Source: Anaerolineae bacterium
GTDB taxonomy: Bacteria; Chloroflexota; Anaerolineae; UBA1429
Direction: 5' to 3'
DNA length: 64,000 nt
NCBI GenBank assembly: GCA_040766725.1
Contig: JAXGPZ010000001.1
Coordinates: 1,881,946 to 1,945,945, forward strand
The notes under the pieces are model-generated. The model ran no database searches. It saw nothing but the letters and a program-made list of their open reading frames with translations, and was not told where the DNA came from. Position numbers and translations under genes: made by a program. Below, piece by piece: positions 10,362 through 19,432 of the stretch; the first letter of the stretch is position 1; each line of letters begins with the position of its first letter.

Positions 10362-11585
10362 CTACTTGCTCCTTGCGAATAACGACCTGAGGCCCGACGC
10401 TCGGGGCGCCTCCTCGCCCTGCAGTTGCGCCACCCCATAGGCCTGCAGCAGTTTGCGGCTCAGGCCGTGATAGGCGCGGCCCAACGCGCTGCGCGGATGC
10501 CGCATGGCCACCGGCACACCGCGGTTGATGCTCGCCAGCGCCAGTTGCGGATCATCGGGTATCGTATGGCGTACGTTCAGCAGACGCCGCTCGATCTCGC
10601 TCTGGGGTATGCCATGGGTGGCCGATGCCCGGTTGAGCACCATCCACACCTTTTCTTGCGCATAGCCCCGGCTGTGCAACTGGTCGATCATGGCGCGCGC
10701 GTTGCGCACGGCCGCCATCTCGGGCGGCAATACCATCAACACCACGTCGGCCACGTCGGTGACGCTGTAGGCCACCTCGTCGAGCGGGTGCCCCAGGTCG
10801 ACCACCGTCCACGCGCACATACGCCGCAACAGCACCAGCACCCGCTCCATATGGGCCGTGCTCGGGTGCGTTTCCATGTGCCCGGGCGGGGGCGTCACCA
10901 TCACGCGCACGCCCGAGCTGTGCGTCTGCAGAATGCCGTCCAGCAGCTCTGTGTCGATCGAGCCCAGCCGCTCGAACACCTCGGCGATGGTGCGCCGCGC
11001 CGGCACGTTCATCATCACGTCCACCGCCGGCGCCATAAAGTCAGCGTCCAGCAGCGCCACGCTGGTGTGCCCATCGTGCGCCAGGCAAACGGCCAGGTTG
11101 CAGGCCACGCTCGTCCGGCCCACGCCGCCTCTGGGCCCCACCACCGCCACAATGCGCCCGTTGACGCCTTCGCCGGCCCCGGCGGGGCCAGCCGCCTCGC
11201 GCGCCGACAGCAACTGCCGCAACGTCTGTTGCAGCTCGAAGGACTGTGGCAGCAGCGGCTTGGGCAGCACCGCCCGTGCGCCGGCCATCACCGCACGGTT
11301 GGCCAGCTCCAGCCGATCCGGCTCCACCAGCATCACCACGGTGGCCATCGGGCAGCAGTCGCCCAGTTGCCGTACATACCGCTCGGGGTTGGCGCCCACA
11401 TTGTCGTCGATCATGATGATCTGCGGCGACAGGCTCACGGCCCGCGACGCGGCCAGCTCGGCTTGCGAGACCCAGAAAACGCGATTCGGTTGGTCCCACC
11501 CACGCAGGGACTCGCGCAACTCGTCTTGTGCTTCCGAGCGAGCGCTGACCAGTAGCAGCCTCAGCTCGGCATCTTGTGGCGGCAC
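10362..11585 (-). CDS. cpaE: CpaE/TadZ: N-terminal receiver-like domain + MinD/ParA-type ATPase
   Basis: A receiver-like N-terminus (LRLLLVSARSE...IIMIDDNVG) followed by a deviant Walker A, VVGPRGGVGRTSVACNLA, of the MinD/ParA type. Confidence 0.8.
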   Translation of the reverse strand: MPPQDAELRLLLVSARSEAQDELRESLRGWDQPNRVFWVSQAELAASRAVSLSPQIIMIDDNVGANPERYVRQLGDCCPMATVVMLVEPDRLELANRAVMAGARAVLPKPLLPQSFELQQTLRQLLSAREAAGPAGAGEGVNGRIVAVVGPRGGVGRTSVACNLAVCLAHDGHTSVALLDADFMAPAVDVMMNVPARRTIAEVFERLGSIDTELLDGILQTHSSGVRVMVTPPPGHMETHPSTAHMERVLVLLRRMCAWTVVDLGHPLDEVAYSVTDVADVVLMVLPPEMAAVRNARAMIDQLHSRGYAQEKVWMVLNRASATHGIPQSEIERRLLNVRHTIPDDPQLALASINRGVPVAMRHPRSALGRAYHGLSRKLLQAYGVAQLQGEEAPRASGLRSLFARSK

Positions 11586-11630
11586 AACCTACCTCCTGGC
11601 CTGGCGTCGGTGTATCTCCCCCCCGGGATC

Positions 11631-12419
11631 TCACCGCACCGGAATGCTGTACGCGTCGATCACATAGTCGATGTCGACCGGGTCAAACTCCCACTCCTGG
11701 TCGGCCCCGGGCGCGCGCAGCGCGATATCCTGGATAGCGCCCGAATCGAGCGCATACTTGAGCACCAGCGCGTCCTGGGGCGCCAACGTCACCAGCAGCG
11801 CCTTGGGTGCCGCTGGCGGCTCGTTGGTCGGCTTGCCCGCCGAATCGGTCGGCTGCGTGGCCCCGGGCAGCGCGGCGATGGTCACATTCTGCAGCAGGAT
11901 ATAGGTGATCATCTCCTCACCCTCGCCCTCGATGCCTCCCTTGGGAAACTGCATCGAGACGAGGATATCGACCCTGTCGCCGGGTTTGAGCACCGCCACC
12001 TGACTCATCAAGTCGGTGGCGGGCATGGCCACTAGCACCTGCTCGGCGTTGAGCGCCACTGCCGTGCGGCCATCGGCAGCGATGATGTTGGGATCCACCA
12101 GTCGCTGCTCGAGCAGCACCTCGCCGGTGTAGAGCTCGGTCAGCGTCAGCTTGCCCACCGCCGCCTCCACCTCAGTAAAGGCCCCCACGGGCACCGAGGC
12201 CACCGGCAGCTCTTGGGTCGTCAGCATCTCGGCGGTGAGCAACGTGCGCACGGGCACGGGCTGCGCCGTCACCACCACCTGCTGCGTGGCGCCCTCGACG
12301 CGCACCTCGCCCACTGAAACGCGAGCGGCGCGCGACAGCGTCACATAGGCCACCACCGCCGCCAGAAACGCCACCACCAGCCCGGCCAGCAGCCACAAAA
12401 AGCCCCGCAGTCGCGACAT
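11631..12419 (-). CDS. cpaB: CpaB/RcpC Flp pilus assembly protein (SAF domain)
   Basis: N-terminal TM segment and SAF-like region, with the characteristic C-terminal GGIEG...LLVTLAPQDALVLKYALDSG. Confidence 0.8.
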   Translation of the reverse strand: MSRLRGFLWLLAGLVVAFLAAVVAYVTLSRAARVSVGEVRVEGATQQVVVTAQPVPVRTLLTAEMLTTQELPVASVPVGAFTEVEAAVGKLTLTELYTGEVLLEQRLVDPNIIAADGRTAVALNAEQVLVAMPATDLMSQVAVLKPGDRVDILVSMQFPKGGIEGEGEEMITYILLQNVTIAALPGATQPTDSAGKPTNEPPAAPKALLVTLAPQDALVLKYALDSGAIQDIALRAPGADQEWEFDPVDIDYVIDAYSIPVR

Positions 12420-12434
12420 GCGCCCCCTCGCTTG

Positions 12435-12857
12435 CTACTCTCTGATCATCGATGACGTGGCTCGCAGCGTGAACGGCCCCGACGACCCGCCGCCCAGCGC
12501 CTGAATGACCGGCGCCGTGATCAGCCGCGTGTCATACGCCACCTGCACCTCCACCCGCGTCGGCCTGACCTGCGCGACCACATCGAGCCGGGCCGGGTCC
12601 AGGTTGGCGGCTGCGGCCATCTCTTCGGCAGCCGCTTCAGCGATGGCCTGCACCTCCGCGTTGGTCCCGCGTGCCACAATGCCGTGGCGCGCCCCCTGAC
12701 GGGCAGCGCTGGCCACGGCATTGTACTGAAACACCACCACAGCGAACTCGACGAACACCAACACGATGACGAGCAGCAACGGCGTCACCAGGGCGAACTC
12801 GATCAGGTCCTGCCCCTCACACCGGCGTCGCATCGGCATCCTTTCGTTGGTCGACAC
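12435..12857 (-). CDS. tadE: TadE-like protein
   Basis: GQDLIEFALVTPLLLVIVLVFVEFAVVVF is a TadE/F N-terminal signature. Located immediately after flp. Confidence 0.7.
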   Translation of the reverse strand: MSTNERMPMRRRCEGQDLIEFALVTPLLLVIVLVFVEFAVVVFQYNAVASAARQGARHGIVARGTNAEVQAIAEAAAEEMAAAANLDPARLDVVAQVRPTRVEVQVAYDTRLITAPVIQALGGGSSGPFTLRATSSMIRE

Positions 12858-12860
12858 ATC

Positions 12861-13037
12861 CTAGGGCAGCGGCCCGTTGATCCAGGCCGCTGCCACTTGC
12901 CAGATCCCTGTCAACTGACCGCCCAGGCCCGTCAGCGCGATCACGCTGGAGAGCACGAGCACCACAATCAGGAGAGCATATTCAATCGTGTCCTGGCCGT
13001 CCGACGCTTGCCTCTCGGAACGTCTCAGCGTGGCCAT
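12861..13037 (-). CDS. flp: Flp/Fap family pilin (prepilin)
   Basis: Start at MATLRR, which has a GGGAG Shine-Dalgarno sequence. A short charged leader is followed by G/QDTIEYALLIVVLVLSSVIALTGLGGQL, the class IVb Flp G/XXXXEY cleavage motif, and a hydrophobic helix. Confidence 0.75.
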   Translation of the reverse strand: MATLRRSERQASDGQDTIEYALLIVVLVLSSVIALTGLGGQLTGIWQVAAAWINGPLP

Positions 13038-13117
13038 CCGCTCTCCCTTAGCTTGGTGCTCGCGCCTCACGTGTGTCGGCCTCGCCGACAGACGGAAAGC
13101 CTGTCCTGGCGTCAGCC

Positions 13118-13255
13118 CTACTCAGTGATGTTGTCCAGCTCTCCCCGGCTGCCAAGCCAGGTCTGGATCTCGACCCAGAGGTTGTTGATCTCTGTGCCCA
13201 GCAGGCCCAGGCCGATCACGGCCACCACCACCAACAACACGATACGTCACGGCAT
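13118..13255 (-). pseudogene. Degenerate second Flp pilin paralog (mature-helix portion only), overlapping the 3' end of the plsC-like ORF
   Basis: A minus-strand frame gives M-P-TGA and then RIVLLVVVAVIGLGLLGTEINNLWVEIQTWLGSRGELDNITE*. This resembles the mature part of the adjacent flp, but the leader and G/EY site are missing and an in-frame TGA lies 2 codons after an ATG. Confidence 0.3.
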
Positions 13256-13817
13256 AGGGCCCGCCGCCGTACCAGCGGATCTTGTCCTGGCGGCCCGCCA
13301 CCTTGACCGGCAGCAACCGCAGGTGCTCGGCCGGCGCATAGATGCCCACCGGCACCACCGGCACGCGCGCCCGCAGCGCGATGCGCGCCGCTCCGCTACG
13401 CGGGTGGGCCACCTCGCCCGTCTCGGGGCTGATGCGCCCCTCGGGGAACACACACAGCGCATAGCCCGCCTGCAACGCCTCGATGGCCCCGCGCAGCGCA
13501 CGCCGCGGGTCGCCGGCGCCCGCCGACACCATGCCCGCTGCCTTGAGCACCATCTTGAGCCCCGGCACGTGGAACAGCTTGTAGGACGTGAGAAAGACCA
13601 TCCGCCGCCTGATCAGGCTGGCGACGACAAAGGGGTCCAGCGAGGTGGGATGGTTGATGGCCAGCAACACCGGCCCGTCGGGCAGCGGCGCATGCCACGC
13701 CACGCTCTTGCGCCAGCGCCACGACACCGCCCGCGCCAGGCCGCGCAGCAGGTCATACACCAGGTCAGCCACCCAGCGGGCTGCGCGCGGATAGCCTGTG
13801 TGTCTCCCCAGCGACAT
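13122..13817 (-). CDS. 1-acyl-sn-glycerol-3-phosphate acyltransferase-like (LPLAT/PlsC family); 3' end uncertain
   Basis: LLAINHPTSLDPF (an HX4D-like block) and the CVFPEGRIS motif. The C-terminal ~40 aa (GGGGRDRPGPAGH...) look like read-through into the pilin remnant. Confidence 0.65.
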   Translation of the reverse strand: MSLGRHTGYPRAARWVADLVYDLLRGLARAVSWRWRKSVAWHAPLPDGPVLLAINHPTSLDPFVVASLIRRRMVFLTSYKLFHVPGLKMVLKAAGMVSAGAGDPRRALRGAIEALQAGYALCVFPEGRISPETGEVAHPRSGAARIALRARVPVVPVGIYAPAEHLRLLPVKVAGRQDKIRWYGGGPYAVTYRVVGGGGRDRPGPAGHRDQQPLGRDPDLAWQPGRAGQHH

Positions 13818-13894
13818 CGCATCTCTCCCTACGCGTCACGGGCGTCGGCCCCCTTGCCGACGCCACGCGGCCAGCCGCGCCAGGCCATGCTGTC

Positions 13895-14947
13895 TCAGAA
13901 GGGCTTGAGCGCCGCCGGCAGGGCCACGCCCAGGCGCATCGCAGCGGTGCGCAGGTTCTCCACCGTGCCCGCCGGCAGGGGAATGCCCTGCGCCTCGCGC
14001 TCGCGCAGCGTCGCCAGCTCTGGCTCGCCGGGCGTCTGCACCTCGGCCACCCCCTCGACGGTGGGCAGGCCCTTGAGCCCTGCGATGGTGTCGTCGACGC
14101 TAACCTTGAACGCCTCCACGTCGGTAAAGGCCGCGATATCCACCGCCGCCACCACGCTGTTCTGCGTGCCGCGCCGCACCGCGCCCCCCGACAGCACCGG
14201 CGCCAGCAGCGGGTTGCCCGCCATCAGGCTCGACAGGCACTCGAACATCAGCGCCAGCCCATAGCCTTTGTAGCCGCCCGCCGGCAGCAGGATCCTGGCG
14301 GCCCGCGCGTCGGTGGTGGGGTTGCCGTCGGCATCCAGCGCCCACCCGGGCGGAATGGCGATGCCCTTGTCCACAGCGAGGTTGATCTTGCCAAAGGCCG
14401 CCACGCTGGTGGCCATGTCCATCACCAGCGGCGGTCGCTGTTTGGCCGGCACCGCGATAGCGATGGGGCTGTTGTGCACGCCGGCCGCTCGCGCCCCCGT
14501 GGGCGCCATGTTGGGCGGATTGCACACAATGGCCAGGCCGGCCATGTCGGCCGCGGCGGCCAGCAGCGCATAGTAGCCCATGGCGCCCTGGTGCGTGGTG
14601 TTGCGGATCACCGCCCAGCCCACGCCCGCCTGCCGCGCCTTGGCGATGGCCTGCCGCATCGCAAAGGTGGTCACCACCGGCCCAAAGGCATAGTCGGCCT
14701 CGATCAGCAACGTCGCTGCCGTCTCGTGCTCGATGCGGTACTGCGCCTTGGGGTTCATGCCGCCCGCGTCGACGCTCGCCATGTACTGGGGCACGCGCAG
14801 CACACCGTGCGAGTCGATGCCGCGCAGGTTGGCCCACACCAACACGTGCGCCTCGGTGGCGGCGTCCTCGGGCGCCAGCCCCATGCCCTCGAACAGCGCC
14901 GCCGTAAACCGCTCCAGGGTGGCGGCGTCGATACGCACCTCGCTCAT
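13895..14947 (-). CDS. Ldh_2 family (malate/L-lactate/sulfolactate dehydrogenase family 2) oxidoreductase
   Basis: 350 aa with NLRGIDSHGVLRVPQY and other Ldh_2 (PF02615) features. Confidence 0.75.
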   Translation of the reverse strand: MSEVRIDAATLERFTAALFEGMGLAPEDAATEAHVLVWANLRGIDSHGVLRVPQYMASVDAGGMNPKAQYRIEHETAATLLIEADYAFGPVVTTFAMRQAIAKARQAGVGWAVIRNTTHQGAMGYYALLAAAADMAGLAIVCNPPNMAPTGARAAGVHNSPIAIAVPAKQRPPLVMDMATSVAAFGKINLAVDKGIAIPPGWALDADGNPTTDARAARILLPAGGYKGYGLALMFECLSSLMAGNPLLAPVLSGGAVRRGTQNSVVAAVDIAAFTDVEAFKVSVDDTIAGLKGLPTVEGVAEVQTPGEPELATLREREAQGIPLPAGTVENLRTAAMRLGVALPAALKPF

Positions 14948-14962
14948 GCTGACCTCGCTTCC

Positions 14963-15763
14963 TTATCCTTGTGCCTGGCCCTGGCCCGCTGCGGCCAGCA
15001 GCCGCTCGAACGCGTGGCGGTGCTCGACCAGCACGCGCACCGGCTCGCTCGGGTTGATGATCTCGACGCTCGCATAGCCCTCAAAGCCATCGTGCAGCAG
15101 CAGCCCGAACTGGCAGACGTTGTCGGCCTCGGTGGGCGCCTGCTGAAGCGCGTCGGCCGTAAAGTGCAGATGCCGCACTAGGCCGCGCAGCAGGCCATAG
15201 GCCTCGCCCACCGACTCGCCCCGCAACAGGTGATGCGCACTGTGCCACAGCACGCCCAGGTGCTGGCAGGCGGCCCGGTCGACGATGGCGCGGGCATAGC
15301 GCGCCAGCATGTTGGTGTGCGTCTCCACCAGCACCGTTACGCCATGTTGGCCGGCCCACTCGTCGACGGCCGCGTACGACGCCGCCGCCAGATCGAACAC
15401 CTGCTCGCGCAGCGCCGCGTCTTCCTCGGGCAGGGGGTCAGCAAAGGTGCGCACCAGCGGCGCGCCCACCTCGGCGGCCAGCACGATGTATTGCCGCAGA
15501 CGCGCCCTGTTGGCCCGCTGCACGTCGCTGCCGGGCGCAAAGAGCCGCACCCCGCTGGCGATGCAGGTGGCCTCGAGGCCGCTATCGGCCAGTCTGGCGC
15601 GGGCCTCGCGCAGGCGCCAGGGCGCCGTGCCCAGCTCGATGCCGTGCCCATGCCCCCACTCTGGGCGGAACTCGAGCCCAGCATAGCCGTACCGACGCGC
15701 CGCCGCGATCAGCCCTGGCAGTCGTTCGCGCGGCAGCACCGAACTCATGAACCCTAGCTTCAT
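14963..15763 (-). CDS. Sugar phosphate isomerase/epimerase (xylose isomerase-like TIM barrel)
   Basis: MKLGFMSSVLP... YGYAGLEFRPEW... VLVETHTN, typical of the AP-endonuclease-2/XylA-like TIM barrel. The start is set at MKLGF. Confidence 0.65.
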   Translation of the reverse strand: MKLGFMSSVLPRERLPGLIAAARRYGYAGLEFRPEWGHGHGIELGTAPWRLREARARLADSGLEATCIASGVRLFAPGSDVQRANRARLRQYIVLAAEVGAPLVRTFADPLPEEDAALREQVFDLAAASYAAVDEWAGQHGVTVLVETHTNMLARYARAIVDRAACQHLGVLWHSAHHLLRGESVGEAYGLLRGLVRHLHFTADALQQAPTEADNVCQFGLLLHDGFEGYASVEIINPSEPVRVLVEHRHAFERLLAAAGQGQAQG

Positions 15764-15826
15764 CTCTGCACTCCTTTGTGGCGCTGCCAGGATTCTAGCG
15801 CCGCTCCGCGCGCCGTCAAGCACCAG

Positions 15827-15854
15827 TTGAAGTCGCCAGCAGAACCGCTATCAT
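15827..15854 (+). promoter_or_regulatory. Candidate sigma70-type promoter (TTGAAG-16-TATCAT) for the rubrerythrin-like gene, in a divergent intergenic region
   Basis: A hexamer pair read directly from the sequence, 35 nt upstream of the GGAGG SD and the ATG at 15890. Confidence 0.3.
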
Positions 15855-15889
15855 GGGTGTACAGAGCCGTGTGCCACCAGGAGGCAGAG

Positions 15890-16378
15890 ATGGTCACCCT
15901 TTCAGCCCGTGATGCCCTACGCTATGCCCTGCAGATCGAGACCAACGGCCAGGCCTTTTACCGCGAGGTGGCCGCCCGCGCCCAAGACCGCAACGCCCGG
16001 CTGCTCTTTGCCGATCTCGCCGACCAGGAGGCGCGCCACTATCGCACCTTTGCGGCCATGCTCGCCAAGGCTCCCCCCGCGCCCGAGCCCTCTTTCGAGG
16101 AACGACGCCAGATCGAGGCCCATCTGCAGGCGCTCTACGACCGCGCCCTCTTTGGCGGCGAGGAGCGCGGCACGGCGCTGGCGCAACAGGCCGTCGATGA
16201 GGCCGCCGCCGTGCGCGCCGCCATGGCGTTCGAGAAGGACACGCTGCTCTTTTTCTTCGAGTTGCGCGACCTGGTGCCCAGCGCCGACGGCGCCGTGCTG
16301 GCGGCCATCATCGGCGAGGAGCAAGAGCACCTGCGCCAGTTGGCGCGCGTGCTGCGCGACCTGCCCTGGGTTCCCTGA
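15890..16378 (+). CDS. Rubrerythrin/ferritin-like diiron domain protein
   Basis: 162 aa; ALQIETNGQAFYREVA....EARHYRTF and a second EEQEHLRQL half-site (ExxH pairs). GGAGG SD sequence. Confidence 0.6.
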   Translation: MVTLSARDALRYALQIETNGQAFYREVAARAQDRNARLLFADLADQEARHYRTFAAMLAKAPPAPEPSFEERRQIEAHLQALYDRALFGGEERGTALAQQAVDEAAAVRAAMAFEKDTLLFFFELRDLVPSADGAVLAAIIGEEQEHLRQLARVLRDLPWVP

Positions 16379-16416
16379 GCGGCGCCGTCGCCGCGGGCGT
16401 CACCCGTTTGCAAACG

Positions 16417-16447
16417 AAAAGAGGGCCCCTCGCGAGGGGCCCTCTTG
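16417..16447. terminator. Bidirectional intrinsic terminator hairpin between convergent genes
   Basis: aaaaGAGGGCCCCTCG/CGAGGGGCCCTCtt is a perfect 12-bp GC-rich stem flanked by A-run and T-run. It sits between the + rubrerythrin-like gene and the - amidohydrolase gene. Confidence 0.6.
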
Positions 16448-16463
16448 TACGCGGGCGCAGGCC

Positions 16464-17495
16464 CTACATCTTGACCAGCCGGTGAAAGTTGCCGTTGTAC
16501 ACCTTTTCGAGCACGTCGTCGGGCAGGTGCAGGCCGTAGATGTTGAAACGCCCCTGCCCACCGCGCGGCCCGGTGGTGTATGGAAAGTACTCGTCGCGCG
16601 TCTCGAGAAAGCGATAGTGCACCCGAAACATGTCGGGCAGCGGCGTGATGTCGGTGCCAAACACGATGCGGTCCGCGTACTTGATGAACCACTCGCGAGC
16701 GGCATAGGGCACGCGGCCCAGCTCGGCAATGCGCGCCGAGATGTCGGTGTTAAAGTTCGGGTACTTGTCCAGCATCTGCGACACGAACGCCAGGTTCTCG
16801 GGGTAGCACCCCACGTGCGCCGTGATGAACGTCGTGCGCGGGTGGGCCTCGATCAGCCGGTACAGGCTCTCGATCAGCTCCATGAACTTGGGATACTGCG
16901 GTCCATAGAACATCCAGCTCGGATGGTCATGCAGCTCGTCCCAGCGCTCATTGAAGCGATCCAGCGGCTTGAAGAACGCCGTCGGGTCGGCCACGTGGAT
17001 CAGCACGGGAATGTCCAGCTCGGCGCACTGCTCGAACACATCGCCGATGCGCGGGTCGTCGGGCCACAAGAGCTTGCCGTCGCAGTCGTGGAACTGCAGG
17101 CCCAGGCTCTTGAAGATCTTGAGGCCCCTGGCGCCGGCGGCCACGTCGGCGGCGAGCTGCCTGGTGGCCTGCGCGGTCCACTCGGCCGTGCCGGCCCCTT
17201 CCCAGTTCACGTTGCAGAAGGTGCAAAAGCGCCCCGGGTGGGTCTCGTCGAGCGTCTCCAGGCTGCGCTTGAGGTCATCGCCCCAGCCGCCGCTCAGGTT
17301 CACGATCGTCTTGACGCGCACCTCGTCGAGGTTGGCCAGCAGCTCAGGCACGTCGACCTTGGCAAAGCGCGGATGGTTGACCGGCAGATGGTTGTGCCCA
17401 TCGACCACGTCGAACTTGGGCCGGCGCACCTCGGTGACCGGAGTGACCACCTCGGATATGGGATAGTAGTCCTCGACAAAGATACTGCCCTGCAT
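16464..17495 (-). CDS. Amidohydrolase-2 family TIM-barrel metal-dependent hydrolase (lactonase/decarboxylase-like)
   Basis: VDGHNHLPV... HVADPT... ITAHVGC... FGTDI, the PF04909-type metal ligand pattern. About 65-70% identical to the 21115-22155 paralog. Confidence 0.7.
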   Translation of the reverse strand: MQGSIFVEDYYPISEVVTPVTEVRRPKFDVVDGHNHLPVNHPRFAKVDVPELLANLDEVRVKTIVNLSGGWGDDLKRSLETLDETHPGRFCTFCNVNWEGAGTAEWTAQATRQLAADVAAGARGLKIFKSLGLQFHDCDGKLLWPDDPRIGDVFEQCAELDIPVLIHVADPTAFFKPLDRFNERWDELHDHPSWMFYGPQYPKFMELIESLYRLIEAHPRTTFITAHVGCYPENLAFVSQMLDKYPNFNTDISARIAELGRVPYAAREWFIKYADRIVFGTDITPLPDMFRVHYRFLETRDEYFPYTTGPRGGQGRFNIYGLHLPDDVLEKVYNGNFHRLVKM

Positions 17496-17513
17496 ATTCG
17501 CTCCTCGAATCCT

Positions 17514-18404
17514 CTAGCCTTTGACGCCGGTAAAGACAATGCCCTGCACAAAGTAGCGCTGCGCGAAAAAGTAGATGATCAGTACCGGCATCATCACGAT
17601 CACCGATGCGGCCATCAACAGCTCCCACTTGGTCTCGTATTGCCCGCGGAAGAGCTGCAGGCCCAGCGCCAGCGTGTAGCGCTTCTGATCGTTGAGATAG
17701 ATCAGCGGGCCCATAAAGTCGTTCCAGCGGTAGAGGAACTGAAAGATGGCCACCGTGCCGATCACCGGCTTGCTCAGCGGGCCCACAATGCGCCAGAACA
17801 CGCCGAACACGCCACAGCCATCGATCTTGGCGGCGTCATCCAGATCGAGCGGCAAGGTCATAAAGAACTGCCGCATCAAAAAGATGTTGAACGGGCCGCC
17901 GCCAAAGAACGCCGGCACGATCAGCGGCACGAACGTGTTCACAAACCCCATCGACCGCCAGATGGCGAACACCGGGATCATGGTCACGTGCTGCGGCAGC
18001 ATCATGGTGGCGATGACGATCAGGAACAGCGTGTCGCGGCCCACCCAGCGCAATCGTGCAAAGCTATAGCCCACGATGGCCGAGGTCAGCGTGGCGCCCA
18101 CCACCGTCCACGCGGTGATGATCACCGTGTTCAGGGTAAAGGTGGCAAACGGCACATAGTTCCAGGCCATGGGATAGTTGCTCCACACGAACGGATCGGG
18201 GATCCACTCGGGCGGAAAGATGAACACGGCGCCGGGCCGCTTGAGCGACGTCGACACCATCCAGAGAAAAGGCACCATCAGCACCGCGGCGCCCGCAAAC
18301 AGGATGACATAGACCACCGTGCGCTGCAGTCGCTGCATAAAGCTGATGCTGCTGGTGATCTTGAGCTTTTGCACTGGCCGGGCGGTGGGTGTAGCAGTCT
18401 CCAT
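17514..18404 (-). CDS. Carbohydrate ABC transporter permease (MalG-like)
   Basis: Six TM segments and the EAA-like loop (LDDAAKIDGCGVFGVFWRIVGP). Confidence 0.8.
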   Translation of the reverse strand: METATPTARPVQKLKITSSISFMQRLQRTVVYVILFAGAAVLMVPFLWMVSTSLKRPGAVFIFPPEWIPDPFVWSNYPMAWNYVPFATFTLNTVIITAWTVVGATLTSAIVGYSFARLRWVGRDTLFLIVIATMMLPQHVTMIPVFAIWRSMGFVNTFVPLIVPAFFGGGPFNIFLMRQFFMTLPLDLDDAAKIDGCGVFGVFWRIVGPLSKPVIGTVAIFQFLYRWNDFMGPLIYLNDQKRYTLALGLQLFRGQYETKWELLMAASVIVMMPVLIIYFFAQRYFVQGIVFTGVKG

Positions 18405-18413
18405 AGTGACCTC

Positions 18414-19367
18414 CTAGCCCTTGCGCAGCTCGCCCTCATAGTGGACCCAGCCCACCGAGGAGCGGAACACGATCACTGTCAGGATCATGATGTAGATGAA
18501 CAGCAACCAGGCGATGGCCGAGGCAAAGCCCATGCGGAACCAACGGAACGCGTTCAGGTACATGTACAGCAACGTGAACATGCTGGCGTTGTTGGGGCCG
18601 CCCTCGGTCAGGATGAACGCCTGGGTAAAGGTCTGCAACGCGCCGATGATGCCGTTCACCAGGTTAAAGAACAACACCGGCGAGATCATCGGCAGCGTCA
18701 CCTTCCAGAACTTTTTCCAGGAGCTGGCGCCGTCGACGGTGGCCGCCTCATACAGGTCAGTCGGAATGCCCTGCAGCCCCGCCAGATAGATCAACATGGC
18801 CGAGCCCACATCCCACAGGCTCATGATGATCAGCGAGGGGATGACCCACTGCCGCTGCACCAGCCACGCCGGCCCCTGGATCTTGAACAGTCCCCACAGG
18901 GCATAGTTCAGCAGGCCGAACTCGCTGTTGAAAATCCAGCGCCACATCATGGCCACGGCCACGCCCGACAGCACAGCCGGCAGATAGTAGATGCTTCGAA
19001 AGACGAAAATGCCCTTGACGTTCTGGTTCATCAACAGCGCAATCGCCAGACCGAGCACCAGCCGCAAAGGCACACTCACCACCGAGTAGTAGGTGGTGAT
19101 GATAAACGAGTGCAGCACCACCGGGTCGCCCCGGGTAAAGATGTAGCCATAGTTCTTGAGGCCGGTAAAGGTGGGCGACGTCAGGATGTCCCAGTCAGTC
19201 ATGCTGAGGTATAGCGACGCGACCATCGGCACCAGGGTGAACCCCAGAAAGCCGATGATCCAGGGAGAGGCCAACAGCCAACCCCAAAAGTTCTCGCGCC
19301 GCTCACCCGAGCTCATCGCCTGCCAGCGGTCACGCAACGTGCGCCGTGTGACGCTCGCACTAGCCAT
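18414..19367 (-). CDS. Carbohydrate ABC transporter permease (MalF-like)
   Basis: Six TM segments and the EAA loop (YEAATVDGASSWKKFWKVTLP). Confidence 0.8.
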   Translation of the reverse strand: MASASVTRRTLRDRWQAMSSGERRENFWGWLLASPWIIGFLGFTLVPMVASLYLSMTDWDILTSPTFTGLKNYGYIFTRGDPVVLHSFIITTYYSVVSVPLRLVLGLAIALLMNQNVKGIFVFRSIYYLPAVLSGVAVAMMWRWIFNSEFGLLNYALWGLFKIQGPAWLVQRQWVIPSLIIMSLWDVGSAMLIYLAGLQGIPTDLYEAATVDGASSWKKFWKVTLPMISPVLFFNLVNGIIGALQTFTQAFILTEGGPNNASMFTLLYMYLNAFRWFRMGFASAIAWLLFIYIMILTVIVFRSSVGWVHYEGELRKG

Positions 19368-19432
19368 CAGCGCTCCTCCTAAAGCATACCGGCAGGGAGC
19401 CGTAGAGCCCCCTGCCGGTTGTTGCCACGAAA

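Noticed and set aside
13838-13866. GC-rich hairpin (GGCGTCGGC-N6-GCCGACGCC) between the Ldh_2 and plsC-like genes, considered as a terminator
   Set aside because: No flanking U/T run on either strand, and the genes are co-directional with 77-nt spacing. It may be a processing or stability stem but cannot be called a terminator.
15909-19214. 1101-aa + strand ORF spanning the rubrerythrin, amidohydrolase and permease genes
   Set aside because: It crosses a clear bidirectional terminator and several convincing minus-strand genes. Composition is Arg/His/Gln/Pro-biased. Judged a GC-rich read-through artefact.
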